NCBI RefSeq assembly: GCF_006345805.1
Contig: NC_042998.1
Coordinates: 145,018,001 to 145,082,000, forward strand
Direction: 5' to 3'
Length of the DNA stretch: 64,000 nucleotides
Origin: Octopus sinensis
Lineage: Eukaryota
Positions 26,767 to 39,459 of the stretch are shown one piece after another. The notes under the pieces were generated by a model that was given only the letters and a program-made list of their open reading frames with translations, was not told where the DNA came from and made no database searches. Positions within the stretch are counted from its first letter, which is position 1; every line of letters starts with the position of its first letter. The position numbers and the translations under genes are program-made.

Positions 26767-27413
26767 TGTGTGTGTGTGTTACCTGAAACATAATCACTAT
26801 TAGTGTCTTATTCTTTCTTTTTCGTCTGCTTTCGTTGTCTGTGAGAAATTTATTACCGAAACACAATACTTAAAAAAGGAATGGGAATTAAGGCATTTAC
26901 TCTTTCCTCAAGGGCAGCAGTGCTAGAAATGAAGTGAAATGGAATAGTTCCTTCTGGGAATTGAAAATAATTACAAAATTGTTTTGTCTAGAGAAGATCC
27001 CTTTGTACTCATCTTGTGAGAATACAAATATGTCTGTTACATCCTGTAAACTGCACTGTAAAAGAAGTAGTTTTCATTAATTTGTAAAATATTGGCATAC
27101 CTGTGTATGGTTAGGATGTTTGCTTCCCAATTCCTAACTAGGTTGTTTCAGGTTCAGTTCCAATGTGCAGCATCTCAGGCAAGTGTCTTCTGCTATGGTC
27201 TCAGGCTGACCAAAGCCTTGTGGATAAATTTAGTTAGGAGAAACTGAAAAAAAAAAACTTTTGTAAATGTGTGGGTGTGGTAAGAAGCTTGCTTACCAAC
27301 ACAGTTCTGGTTCAGTCCCACTGTGTGGTAACTTAGGCAAATGTTTTCTACTATAGCCTTGGCCAGATCAAAGCCTTGTGAGTGAATTTGGTAGATGGAA
27401 ACTGAAAGAAGCC

Positions 27414-27458
<45 letters not shown>

Positions 27459-27775
27459 ATATATTATATATATATATATACACATACATATATACATACA
27501 TATACAATGGGCTTCTTATATGTGTGTGTGTGTGTCTGTTCCCCACCACAGCTTGACAACTGGTGTTGGTGTGTTTATGTCCCTGTGACTTAGCACTTCA
27601 GCAAAAAAAAAAAAAATGATAGAATAAGTACCAGGCTTGAAAAAAAAAGTACTAAGGTGGATACAGTTGACTAAAATTTCTTCAAGGTGGTGCCCCAGAA
27701 TGGCCACAGTCTAATGATTAAAACAAGTGAAAGATAAAATATAAAAATAAAAGCCATATATATGTATTCTTTATA

Positions 27776-27811
<36 letters not shown>

Positions 27812-27929
27812 TGTATGTATGTATGTATGTATGTATCTATCTATCTATACACATATGCGCGCATGCACACACACATACACATACATATATGTATAAATGT
27901 ATATAAGTATACACACGCACACACACACA

Positions 27930-28075
27930 TAAGGGACAACTGATGAAGGGATTGTTCTTTGTGTTGCCTGTCTCATTTCGCTATTTGTTTCTTTCATTGT
28001 TTGAAAAAAGTTTGTTTTCCATGTTTTTGTTGTTTTGTGTTCTTTGTTTTTTTTAAGTCCTGTACCCATATATGC
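27930..28075 (+). mobile_element. Fragment of the family that forms the 19.6-20.9 kb inverted repeat
   Basis: GGACAACTGATGAAGGG...GTCCTGTACCCATATATGC matches 20757-20903. Confidence 0.7.
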
Positions 28076-28633
28076 ATGTATATATACATATATATGTACT
28101 TATGTACATATATGTATGTATATATTATTTATATTATATCATATTATATTATATTATATTATATTATATATATATATTATTTGTATTATATTATATTCAT
28201 CATCATGATATTATATATATTATATATATTATATATATTATATTATATTATATATATTATATATATTATATTATATATATATATATATATATATTATTTG
28301 TATTATATTATATTCATCATCATGATATTATATATATATATATATATATTATTTAAATTATATTATATTATATATATTATATATATTTATATGTATGCAT
28401 GTTTGTATGTTGTTGATGTTATAATAACTTTATAAACTTTCAAGAGAATGTGAGTTAATTCTGTCTTTGGAATATCTCAAAGTGCACACAATATTTACGT
28501 GCTGTTATTTATGGTTTTGTATATGTGTAGAATGTGTGTGTGTGAGTATTGTGTTTGTGTGTAATCCTGTCTAGAGGTCACATGAAGGGATGTAAAAGAA
28601 GAACATCATTGTCATACAAGCAAAGGTATTTGG

Positions 28634-28679
<46 letters not shown>

Positions 28680-28969
28680 AATGAGGATAATGATGATAAT
28701 ATTGTTGAAGGTGGTGGTGGTGGTGGTGGTGGTGGTGGTGATGATGATGATGATATGCTGCTATTAGAATTTCTTAATACTGACCAAGATTGGTAGAGAC
28801 AGTGGGAATGTTAAATTATGCATCAATTATTGTATTTTCCCTCTCAAAAGAAGAGCTTCACTTAGAATGTTAGAATTCATGCTATACAAATTTAGTTAAA
28901 TGTGCAAAAATTGTGCATTTGTTTTGCATCATTGTGTCCATGTCTGAACTTGATGGAGTTTATTTTATT

Positions 28970-29285
28970 TTCATCTTATCAAAGAAGATGAGAGATAAAA
29001 ATGTTTAATCGTCTGAGGTAACTTTTTGTGAATAAGATTAAAAGTTTTGAGACAATAAACTTTATCTTTAGGTATGAAGTGAGACAGAGAAAGAAAGAAA
29101 GAGAGAGAGAGAGGGGGAGAGACACACATACTTCAACATGTGCATATATATAAAATCCATTCTGTCTGTGTGTGTGTCTTCTAGGATCTCGAGCATCCTC
29201 CATCCGATTGCGCTCAAATTTGATGTGTAGATACCGACGGTATCAGGGCATGTATAAGTCTTGAAAAAATTACAAAAATCGATTA
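28970..29285 (+). mobile_element. Possible Helentron-associated (DINE/HINE-like) element fragment
   Basis: Small 5' inverted repeat CATCTT..AAGATG, an internal (CTGT)/(GT) seed and a GATCTC...CCGATT..CAAATTT core. The assignment is by resemblance only. Confidence 0.35.
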
Positions 29286-29924
29286 CAGCCAAAGAAGCAT
29301 CTGACCCAGGCTGCCTTCTTCTAACTGCTAAACATGGAGGAGGATCTGTGATGATCTGGGTGGGGGGCTACATCTAGGAATGTATTTCCGACTACTCAGC
29401 TGGTGGTTGGAAATAAGGTAAGGGATGACACGTCTGAGAAAATAACATTCTTTCACTGCTCTAGGGACCAATTCTGTAGGTCTTTACTCCATTCTAAACT
29501 CTTTGTAATGTTTGTTTTTGAAAGTTCTGGTTTTCTGATTGTAGCCCTCTCATGAAATCCAGCTTTGCGTAGCTCCCAGCGAACAGTTTTTGTGAAAAGT
29601 AGGTTCCCAAGGTGGTCATTAAGCTCTGCAGTAATTTTGAGAGCTGCACTTTTGTGATCCTTTCTAAGAATTCATGTAAGAATCTGACGGTCCCTATCTG
29701 AGAGTTTTGGTTTTCTTCCGGAGTTTTGTTTCGATGAGGAGGTTCTTCCCTCTTTCTCAAAGGCTGTCATTACTTTTGAGACAGTACTTCTTGATACACC
29801 AAACATTTTAGCTGTTTTCATTACGCTTGTGCCTGCTATACGAGCACCAACAATTTGACTTCTTTGAAAGTCCAATAGATGTGTCATTTTAATGAATTTT
29901 AATTACCTTTTTCTAATGATATCA
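29286..29924 (-). mobile_element. Tc1-like transposase pseudogene; its 5' TIR lies at 31761-31788
   Basis: MTHLLDFQRSQIVGAR...FGVSRSTVSKV...SGRKPKLSDRDR...KNVIFSD. The TIR CAGGGGTTGGACAAAATAATGGAAACAC is flanked by TA. It is interrupted by the RTE. Confidence 0.85.
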
Positions 29925-31443
29925 TCATCATCATCATCATCATCGTTTAGCGTCCGTTTTCCATGCTAGCATGGGTTGGACGGTTCTACTGGGGTCTGTG
30001 AAGCCAGAAGGCTTCATCAGGCCCAGTCAAATCTGGCAGTGTTTCTACGGCTGGATGCCCTTCCTAACGCCAACCACTCCGTGAGTATAGTGGGTGCTTT
30101 TTACGTGCCACCCGCACTGGTGCCAGACAGAGCTGGCAAACGGCCACGAACGGATGGTGCTTTTTATGTGCCACCGGCACGAGGGCCAGGCGAGGCTGGC
30201 AACGGACACGAAACGGGGCGGTGCTGGCAACGGTCGCGAAACGGAAAGTTCTCTTACATGCCACCGGCACTGGTAACACATCTGCAATTTCCATTGATTG
30301 ATTTCCATTGATCGATTTCGATTCTGATCGTCACTTGCCTCAACGGGTCTTCACAAGCAGAGTTTTGACATGCCACCGGCACTGGTAGCACATCCGCAAT
30401 TTCCATTGATCGATTTCGATTCTGATCCTCACTTGCCTCATCACGTCTTCACAAGTAGAGTTTTGTGTCCCAAGAAGGGAAGGTATGCATACGTAGGCTG
30501 GCTCCATCCCATGTAGAAGGCCACGGGTTATGGACTCACTTGTCCTGCCGGGTCTTCTCGTGCACAGCACACTTCCAGAGGTCTCGGTCTCTAGTCATTT
30601 CCTCAGTGAGACCTAAAGTTCGAAGGTCGTGCTTCACCACCTCGTCCCAGGTTTTCCTGGGTCTGCCTCTTCCACAGGTTCCCTCAACCGCTAGGGTGTG
30701 GCACTTTTTCACACAACTATCTTCATCCATTCTCGCCACATGACCATACCAGCGCAAACGTCTCTCTTGCACACCACAACTGATGCTTCTTAGGTCCAGC
30801 TTTTCTCTCAAGGTACTTACACTCTGCCGAGTGTGATTACCGGCATTACACATCCATCGGAGCATACTGGCTTCATTTCTAGCGAGCTTACGCATATCCT
30901 CAGCAGTCACGGCCCATGTTTTACTGCCATGTAGCATGGCTGTTCGTACACACGCATCATACAGTCTGCCTTTCACTCTGTGCGAGAGGCCTTTTGTCAC
31001 CAGCAGAGGTAAGAGCTCTCTGAACTTTGCCCAAGCTATTCTTACTCTAGCAGTTACACTTTCAGCACACCCACCCCCGCTGCTGACTTGGTCACCTAGG
31101 TAACGGAAACTATCAACTATTTCTAGTTTTTCTCCCTGGAAAGTGACGGAAGTTGGTCTCAGAGCATTTTCAGTGTTTATTGTTCCTGAGCATCTGCCAC
31201 ATACAAAAACCATCTTCCTAGTTAGCCTTCCTTTGACATTGCTGCATCTCTTATGTGTCCATAGCTTACACTTGGTGCATCTTATAGAGTTTCTACCTAC
31301 ACCTTTTCTACAGATCGAGCAGGGCCATCTACCTGAAGGTGTTTGTGATTTGTCTACCTTCCTACTGATTATGACTTTGGTTTTAGCTAGATTGACTCTG
31401 AGGCCCTTCGATTCTAATCCTTGTTTCCACACCTGAAACTTCG
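29925..31443 (-). mobile_element. Young 5'-truncated RTE-clade LINE with a modular ~600-bp 3'UTR and (GAT)n tail
   Basis: Open ORF 31432-30536, followed by a UTR with GTGCCGGTGGCAC modules. Confidence 0.93.
30536..31432 (-). CDS. RTE ORF C-terminal part (RT subdomains 6-7, thumb) with an embedded PHD-type finger
   Basis: GLRVNLAKTKV, a C4HC3 motif, FRYLGDQ, RLYDACVRTAMLHGSKTW, RLRWYGHVARM and GRGRPRKTW, with no stops in 298 codons. Confidence 0.9.
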   Translation of the reverse strand: MWKQGLESKGLRVNLAKTKVIISRKVDKSQTPSGRWPCSICRKGVGRNSIRCTKCKLWTHKRCSNVKGRLTRKMVFVCGRCSGTINTENALRPTSVTFQGEKLEIVDSFRYLGDQVSSGGGCAESVTARVRIAWAKFRELLPLLVTKGLSHRVKGRLYDACVRTAMLHGSKTWAVTAEDMRKLARNEASMLRWMCNAGNHTRQSVSTLREKLDLRSISCGVQERRLRWYGHVARMDEDSCVKKCHTLAVEGTCGRGRPRKTWDEVVKHDLRTLGLTEEMTRDRDLWKCAVHEKTRQDK

Positions 31444-32039
31444 TTTAGTGTTCTGTTAATCGTATGAGCTAGCAAATGGGTTTGTATGAATCGGGAGACA
31501 ACACTAAACGAAAAATTGAAAAATCAGAGTGGCTATGAACCTGTAGACAAGTCTAAACGAAAAAAAAATGTTTGAGCTAGACAGGGTAATGGGGGAATAC
31601 TGAAAGAATGAGGGACAATACGCACAGATATCTGAAAAGAAACAGCAATTTTAGAAAAAAACATATTAAGCAACACTAGTAATAAATAAAAAAAACATAA
31701 AAATAAATAAGCTTTTGATGGTTTTATGGATATTTCAAAATTATGATGCTATGATGCTAGGTGTTTCCATTATTTTGTCCAACCCCTGTATAAATATTAT
31801 GTGTATATTTAGCATGTGAGCATCTGTGTACATAACAGATACACATACACGCACAAAGCGATCACACACACTCATACACACACACACATACACACACACA
31901 CGCATACACATACACACATTCAAACATTACATGCATGCACACATTTATTTGAAAAGTTAGTGGTATCATTTCCATATTGGAAATATAGGGATGGCTTCTA
32001 TTTTTTTCATATTTCAGGTTGGAAATGACATTAGTTCAC

Positions 32040-32460
32040 TTGTGCACACATGATGGGAAAAAAGAAGTCTGCACAGAAACTAAATTCTGTTAATTAAAAG
32101 TAGAGGGAAGCTGTGGAAAAGGGAAACTCAGGAAGACGAGATGAAATATTAAAGGCTGATCTCAAAATGCTGAATCTTATGAAGGAGATGACAGAGGACC
32201 AAAATATGTGGCACATTGCTGTACTTAACAAGACCTGCTCACCATAACAGAATTGAGATCCTAAAACCAAGGTGCCACGTAAAAAGCATTGGTGTGGGTG
32301 CTGATACCATGAGAAAGCACTGTGCTAGTACCATGTAAAAAGTATTGGAGATGGTGCCACATAAAAATCACCCAGTACATTCTGTGGTGTGGTTGGTGTT
32401 AGGAAGGGCATCCAACCATAGGAATCAAGCCAAATCCAATCCATGGAAGATTGGAAACAA
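32040..32460 (+). mobile_element. Old RTE 3' fragment (ORF end plus UTR)
   Basis: VEGSCGKGKLRK...ILKADLKMLNLMKEMTEDQNMW, then CACCCAGTACATTCTG..GTTAGGAAGGGCATCCA. Confidence 0.75.
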
Positions 32461-33099
32461 AAGACATGGCTTGTATGAGGGTAACACTTGTTTACAACCA
32501 TCACAGGATGTGAAAACAAGGAGGCACAAACACACACGTGCACATGCACATGTATGCATGCACACATACATCCCCCCACCGAAATATATATATACAACAG
32601 GCCTCTGTCTACTAAATCAACCCATAAAGCTTTGGTCAGCCTGGTACAAAATCAGAAAACTTGTCAGGGACTGAATTCATAACCACATGGTTAGAAAGCA
32701 AACATCGAAAGAACATATATATAATATTAAACCCAGATTACTCTAATAGAAATAATTTTGTAAATGCAAATCATAATATTATAGTGTAATATAACCTTTA
32801 TAAATTCGAAACCTGGTGAAGGACAATCTTGCATTATCAATGTATAGCATAATATAAATAACAAAACTACCATAAACCAAGAAACCAAGGACTCCTTGGC
32901 AAGTTCAACCCTATGAGAATGAAAGACAACTTAGAACAATGAGAGCACAAGATATAAAAGATTCAGAGACAACAAGTATATTAAACATATACTTCCATCA
33001 TCAGCTGCCTACCAGATATCATTATGGTTTTGACACCTGGACATATATCATACATTTCATGCTTTATGTAACCTAGTCAAACACAATCTTTCATTATGT

Positions 33100-33230
33100 A
33101 CTTGGTCATTATAATAAAATCTGATGATCTCTTCTTCATTGGTCCTCACTTTGTACTCCTGGAAGGTCTCATCATTATCATTGATTAACTTCTTACTCAG
33201 TGTGGCCTGCAACATTATTTCATTACATAC
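33100..33230 (-). mobile_element. Short R4/Dong-type fragment
   Basis: Reverse complement of 18460-18545 (CCAGGAGTACAAAGTGAGGAC). Confidence 0.55.
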
Positions 33231-33337
33231 AAGGATGCAAACTATAATGATAATGGTGGTAGTAATAATAGTGGTGGTGATGATGATGATGGTGGAGGTG
33301 GCAGTGGTGAGGAGATAGTGAAAAGTTTATTTTTTTA

Positions 33338-33339
<2 letters not shown>

Positions 33340-33368
<29 letters not shown>

Positions 33369-33890
33369 GAGTGAGAGAGCAGTGCATGCCATCAAAGTAA
33401 CACTGGGGTAAAATATACGAAGTCCAGTATACCCATCATGACTACCCGTCTGATAAGGGTACACTAGGCACATGCATCACAACCATATGTGCGCAACATG
33501 GTGATCTCATATCAAGATAAACAGTGCATAATCTTGCAAGTGGGGCCAGTTGGAATTTTCTTCAGATCAAGTAGCCCATCCTGCTCAAAAGGTCCCTGAA
33601 TAAGGGTTGTTTAAGGATGTTGAATGAAATATCCATGTTTTCAAAGGTGAATTATCCAAGTGTCAAAGAATTCCTCTCAATGCATGGCTATGATGCTCCC
33701 CCACTACTTGTGATTAGAGATGTACATATTGTCAGCCACTAAGGGACATGCTTAACTGGTTATGGTCAAACAACTAACAAGTAAATCTGTAGTATTGAGC
33801 AGAATATTTGCTGTAGCCCATCTTTTATACCAAGACAAAACAATGCACATGATAACACTTCCAATCAGTTAAAATTAGAAGCCATGAGAG
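33340..33890 (-). mobile_element. Interspersed retro-repeat (LINE 3'UTR or SINE) with a (TAA)n tail
   Basis: GC-richer non-coding block bounded by an (ATT)n tract. The family is recognised by recall only. Confidence 0.45.
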
Positions 33891-34624
33891 CCATCATCAT
33901 CATCATCATCATCATCCCCACCACCGCCACCACCACCACCACCACCATCACCACCACCACCACAATCATCATCATCATCATCATCATCATTCTGAGATAG
34001 TAACTTCATTGACCAATGCTCTAAAATTCTCTTGCACTTGTAAATATACATTTTTAATTTTAAACCACACAAGCAATATCCTTACCAGTAGCTACAACGT
34101 TGTAATAGATAATGTATATTTTATACAGCTCAAATTTTATATAACCATATTATTACATAGTCAAACAATATTCTCTTATCATTCATTGCTTACTTATTTA
34201 AAGCAGTGAGTTGGCAGAATTGTTAGCATACCAGACAAAATGCTTAGCAACATTTCATCTCTCTTTATGTTCCGAGTTCAAATTCCACTGAAACAAACTA
34301 TGCTTATCATCCTTTTGGGGTTGATAAAATAAGTATTATTGGAATATTGGGGTTGATGTAATCTACTAACTCTTTCCCCAAAATTGCTGGCCTTGTACCA
34401 GAATTTGAGACCATTATTTATTATTAAGGTAGTGTGCTGGCAGAATCATTAGCATGCTGGGCCAAAGGCTTAGTGGCATTTTGTTTGTCTTTTGCATTCT
34501 GAGTTAAAATTCCACTGAAACTAATTTAGTCTTTCATCCTTTTGGGGTTGATAAAATAAGTACGGGGTTGATGTAATTGACTAGCCCTTTCCCTTGAAAT
34601 TGCTTGTGCCAAAATTTGAAACCA

Positions 34625-34955
34625 TTTTATTGGCACTCTGTCAGTTACGACAATGAAGGTTCCAGTTGATCTGATCAATGGAATAGCATGCTCATGAAAT
34701 TAACATGCAAGTGGCTGAGCACTCCACAGATACATGTACCCTTAATGTAGTTCTCAAGGAGATTCAGCATGACACAGAATGAGACGAGACTGGCCCTTTG
34801 AAATACAAGTACAACTTATTTTTGCCAGCTGAGTGGACTGGAACAACATGAAATAAAGTGTCTTGCTCAAGGATGCAATGCACCACTGGGAGTTGAACTC
34901 ACAACCTTAGTACTGTGAGTTAAGTACCCTAACCATTAAGCCATGCACTCTCACG
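34625..34955 (-). mobile_element. tRNA-derived SINE (another family; partial copies at 54650-54820 and 61560-61730)
   Basis: Minus-strand head GTGCATGGCTTAATGGTTAGG...GAGTTCAACTCCC, body TTGAGCAAGACACTTTATTTCA...CCACTCAGCTGG. Confidence 0.7.
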
Positions 34956-36737
34956 CACCTTGAAACCATTATTGCCTATTTATAATTTGAATTTAATACC
35001 TACTTAGATGTAATAGAAACTTATATTCATTCACACATAGATGTATACACCTGATCCTCACCACCACCAACATGCAAGTATTTGGCTGTATTGGCAGAGT
35101 ATCCAATAGATTGTCTGTATTTTAGTTCTCTCTGGTCTGAGTTCAAATACTTCTAGTGTTGACTTTGCTGCTGATCCTTTCAAAGTCAATAAATAAAGTA
35201 CCAACTCTATTCTGGAGTCAGTTTTTCTCTTTCGTTTTCTCCTTTTCTATGTCTGTGTGTGTCTCTCTCTCTTTCTGGAAGAAATCAGCTGCAACTGAAC
35301 CTGCAGAGGTCTAAAACTGCTCACTGGAGTTTGGCACTGTCCTTATACTCTTCAGATCCTGTCAAGCTGTGTAATCCATGCCAGCATAGAAGGCAAATCT
35401 TAAATAATGATGATGATGCAAGTGGGAAATGAGATGGTAGTGATGATGATGATGCCGCCATCAGTGGTGGCAGCGGCAACAACAACGACAATGATATTGA
35501 TGACACACTGTATGTTATGACACTCTCCAATGAATCTCTCAGGTCTTCAGGGCTCTAGACAAAGCAAATATCACCAATATATAATTAAGTCCAACCAGAC
35601 GAATAAATAATAATCTCCTTGAATTAAATGGCCAAAGAAAGATTAATTAAAGCACATCAAATTTCACGCTCAAGCATCATTATTCTAATGATATACAACA
35701 ATAACATACCACATCAACAACGCTGTTATCACATTTAATCAAATCTTTGTTTACCCAGCATATTTGAATTTCAAATCCCTGTACCAACCATGTACCTCCC
35801 TTGCATTAAGGCTTTACTGGGACATCAAAATATAATTTGACATCGTTTTTATTTTATTTTTTAAATATTTTCTGTCATCGAAACATTTTCAAAGTAACCC
35901 GGACTATACTCTTTTCTCAATAGCTCGACAGAAACAGGTACTTCTGCCTTAACATTTATGTTTTCCTGCTAAATACCCCTAAAATTTACCTCAAACCTTC
36001 ATTCACATTCATCACCTGTTTTCCTATTCATCCATATAGCAACGACTTTTATTTTAATTTTTGTCTTTAAGACTCTGTTCAGGTGAAAAATGAAATTTCG
36101 GGTTTGCGTTCAACGATTTCACTCATAAAAGGTATTTTATACTCTATTTAGTTCTTACAAGGTATTGATTATTTCGAAACTCCACTTTAGCATTATTACA
36201 AATTAGTGCTCACTCAGAACATTCTGAAGGCGCCCCCACTCCTTCCTGGTACCAAAGTCTTGCGACAGGCCTGAAGTCCGAGGCAGTGGATTGGCGTAAT
36301 TGTTAGAACCTAATGCCTTTTTGCATTTGTTCTGAATCCTTGTGTTCAGGGTTCAAATCACATCATGGACATTGTTAGAGAGTAGGCTGAATCCATCACC
36401 CAGTTTAATACCATCACCTGGCAACTTGGGTACCTTTAGTGGACCCCACTCTGTTGTAACCTTGTGGGCCAGGTCACTGGTTTGAGGACACATTTTTCCT
36501 TCCCATCCTGGTTGGGTGCTGCTTCGACCCTACCACAGGATAAAAGCAATAAATGAATAGATAAAATAAATAAATATAACTAAAAATATTGTAAATATAC
36601 TAAATGAATATAAAAGAAAACCCTCATATTTTCAGTCTTTGACAAAATTAATGACAAAAATATTAAACTAATCAGTGAAGGTTTTTTTAATGAGCTTTAC
36701 AGCTTAGGAAAGCAGGAACTGCCTATTGCTAGATATT

Positions 36738-37121
36738 CTTTTCTACTCCAGGCACAAGGCCCAAAATTTCTGGGGAGGAGGTCAATCGATTCGATCAACC
36801 CTCATATACAACTGGTACGATGAAAGGTACTTAATTTATCAATGGAAAGCGTTCAAATTCCATTGAGGTTGGAATTTGAACGCAGAACATAAAGACAGAT
36901 GAAGTACCTATTTCTTTACTACCCACAAGGGGCCAAACAGAGGGGACAAACGGATTAAGTCGATTATATCGACCCCAGTGCATAACTGGTACTTAATTTA
37001 TCGACCTCGAAAGGATGAAAGGCAAAGTCGACTTTGGAATTTGAACTCAGAACATAACGGCAGACGAAATACCACTAAGCATTTTGCCCAGCATGCTAAC
37101 GTTTCTGCCAGCTCACTGCTT
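36738..37121 (-). mobile_element. Dimeric SINE with an 18-bp TSD
   Basis: TGCCTATTGCTAGATATT occurs at 36720-36737 and 37122-37139. Two SINE bodies share one head. Confidence 0.8.
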
Positions 37122-37214
37122 TGCCTATTGCTAGATATTAAATGGCAAAGAAGAATTCTAAATTTAGAATGGAATCAATTCAAGAAACTGTTTGCATTTT
37201 GTCTGTCTTTGTTC

Positions 37215-38525
37215 ACTTCGTCTTTCATCCTTTTGGGGTTGATAAAATAAACACTATTTCAGCATTGGGGCTGATGTCTTCGACTTAGCCCTCCCCCCAA
37301 ATTGCTGGCCTTGAGCCAGAATTTGAAACCATTTTTATTATTATCCTCATCAAGGTTGTGAGCTGGCCAAGTTGTTACCATGCCAAACAAAATGCTTAGC
37401 AGCATCTCTTCTGACAGTTTACTTTCTGAATTCAAATGTCACCCAGGTCAACTTTGCCTTTCCTCCTTTTGGGGTCAATAAAATAATGTGCTAGTCAAGA
37501 ACAGGGATCAGTATAATTAACTTGCCCCTTTCCTTGAAGCTGATGGTTTTGTGCCAAAATCTGAGACCAAAAATGGACATCGCCTTTCATACTTTAAGGG
37601 TTGATAAAATGAAGAACTATTTATGTACTGGGGCCAATGTAATCAACTGCTCCCTCCCCTCAAAACTGTTGGCTTTGTGCCAAAATTTGAGAAGTTTATT
37701 ATTGTTATTGTTATTATTATTAAAGGTGGTAAGCTTGCAAAATTGTTTGAATGTCGGACAAAATGCTTAGTTGCATATCTTCCAGCTCTTTTTATGTCCT
37801 AAGTTCAAAATCTGCTGAAGTAAACTTTGCTTATCATCCTTTTGGAGGTCAATAAAATAAAGTGTTGATTAAGCACTGGGGTAGTGATATACTACACTCC
37901 ACCATTCTGAATTTGAAACCATTCTTCTTCTTCTTCTTCTTCTTCTTCTTCTTCTTCTTCTTCTTCTTCTTCTCCTCCTTTTTCTTCTTCTTCTTCTTCT
38001 GCCTCCTCCTCCTCCTCCTCCTCCCCTCCCCTCCTCCACCTCCTCCCCTCCCATCCTCTTCCTCCTCCTCATCATCATGGTGGTGAGCTGGTAGAATCGT
38101 TAGAATGCTGGAAGAAATGCTTTGTAGCATTTCACTTGTTGCTACATTCTGAGTTCCTATTCCGCCAAGGTTGACTTTCCCTTTCATCCTCTTGGGTGAA
38201 CACTGGGATCGATGTAATCAACTCATCTACTACTCCAAAATTACTGCCCTTGTGGAAAAATTTGAAACCATTATTATTAATGTTGTTGTTGTTGTTGTTT
38301 TTGTTGTTATCATTATTGTTATTATTATTATGCCTAAAATGGTGAGCTGGCAGAATTGTTAGCATGTTGGGCAACATTTCATCTGTCTTTATGTTCTGAG
38401 TTCAAATTTCACTGAAGTTGACTATGCTTTTCATTCTTTTGAAATCAATAAAATAAGTACCAGTTGTGCACTGGGATTGATGTAATCAACTATCTCCCCC
38501 AAATTTTAGGCCTTGTGTCTATAGT
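37215..38525 (+). mobile_element. Cluster of about six same-orientation SINE copies joined by trinucleotide tracts
   Basis: Repeated GGTGAGCTGGCAGAAT..AAATGCTTAG..GAGTTCAAAT..CATCCTTTTGG..AAATTTGAAACCA. Confidence 0.8.
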
Positions 38526-38710
38526 AGAAAACATCATCATCATCTTCATTTTTTTCTATATATCGATACACTAAGTTAGCTGAAGGCAGAGGCAAAGAGC
38601 AATAGAAAAAGAGGGAGAGAGAAGTGTTAACAATATGTGGTAGGGAGAAAGTAATAGTTATTATGCAAAGACTGAATATGTGATGCTGCCACATGGCTAG
38701 TTCAAAGGAG

Positions 38711-38748
<38 letters not shown>

Positions 38749-38750
38749 AG

Positions 38751-38781
<31 letters not shown>

Positions 38782-39389
38782 AAAGCGAGAAGGAGAGAGA
38801 GAGAGAAGAGTGTTAGCACTGAGAACCAGAGAAAGGTATTGATATTACATTTTGTGATTTGTTGAAGAAAGTAGAAAGAGAAATATAGAAAGATGTTAAG
38901 TGCAGTGGCATGTGGTATTGTTGAAGTAAGAGGCAAAGAGAGAGAGAAAGAGAGAGAGAGTTTAGACTGAAGGGAACATGGGAGTAGAAAGCAGTTATAT
39001 TATTTTAAGCATCATGTCATAGAATATTGTGATTGACAATAAAAATAAAAGTTTAATTGTTCTTACAGGCTTTAATGTTCAACCATTTCTATATCTTCAA
39101 TCTGTCAATGTCTCAACATGGATAGATAGATTTGTTGATGGATAGAAAAAATAGAAAGACAGATGGCTAGAAGATATCAACACATTTTAATCAAAGTGAA
39201 ATAACCTTAGCAAATAGCTGTGGATGTTACTTTAAAAGATAAAAGTTACTTTTTAAATGTGTAGCAGCACAAAGGCTGAGGCCATGCTGGGGTACTGCAA
39301 TTTTTTTTTTTTTAGTTATTTGGTTTACATGTTTATCCATATTGTTAGAGTAGACAGAGACATATGTAGCAGAAATGTAAGTAGAATGT

Positions 39390-39459
<70 letters not shown>

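Noticed and set aside
26784-26956. Minus-strand exon-like segment(s) with AG/GT ends
   Set aside because: The full segment has in-frame stops, and the shorter versions give unrecognisable peptides with no linkage evidence.
36005-36140. Plus-strand 60-bp exon candidate (DSVQVKNEISGLRSTISLIK)
   Set aside because: Splice-like signals are common in AT-rich DNA and there is no homology or partner exon.
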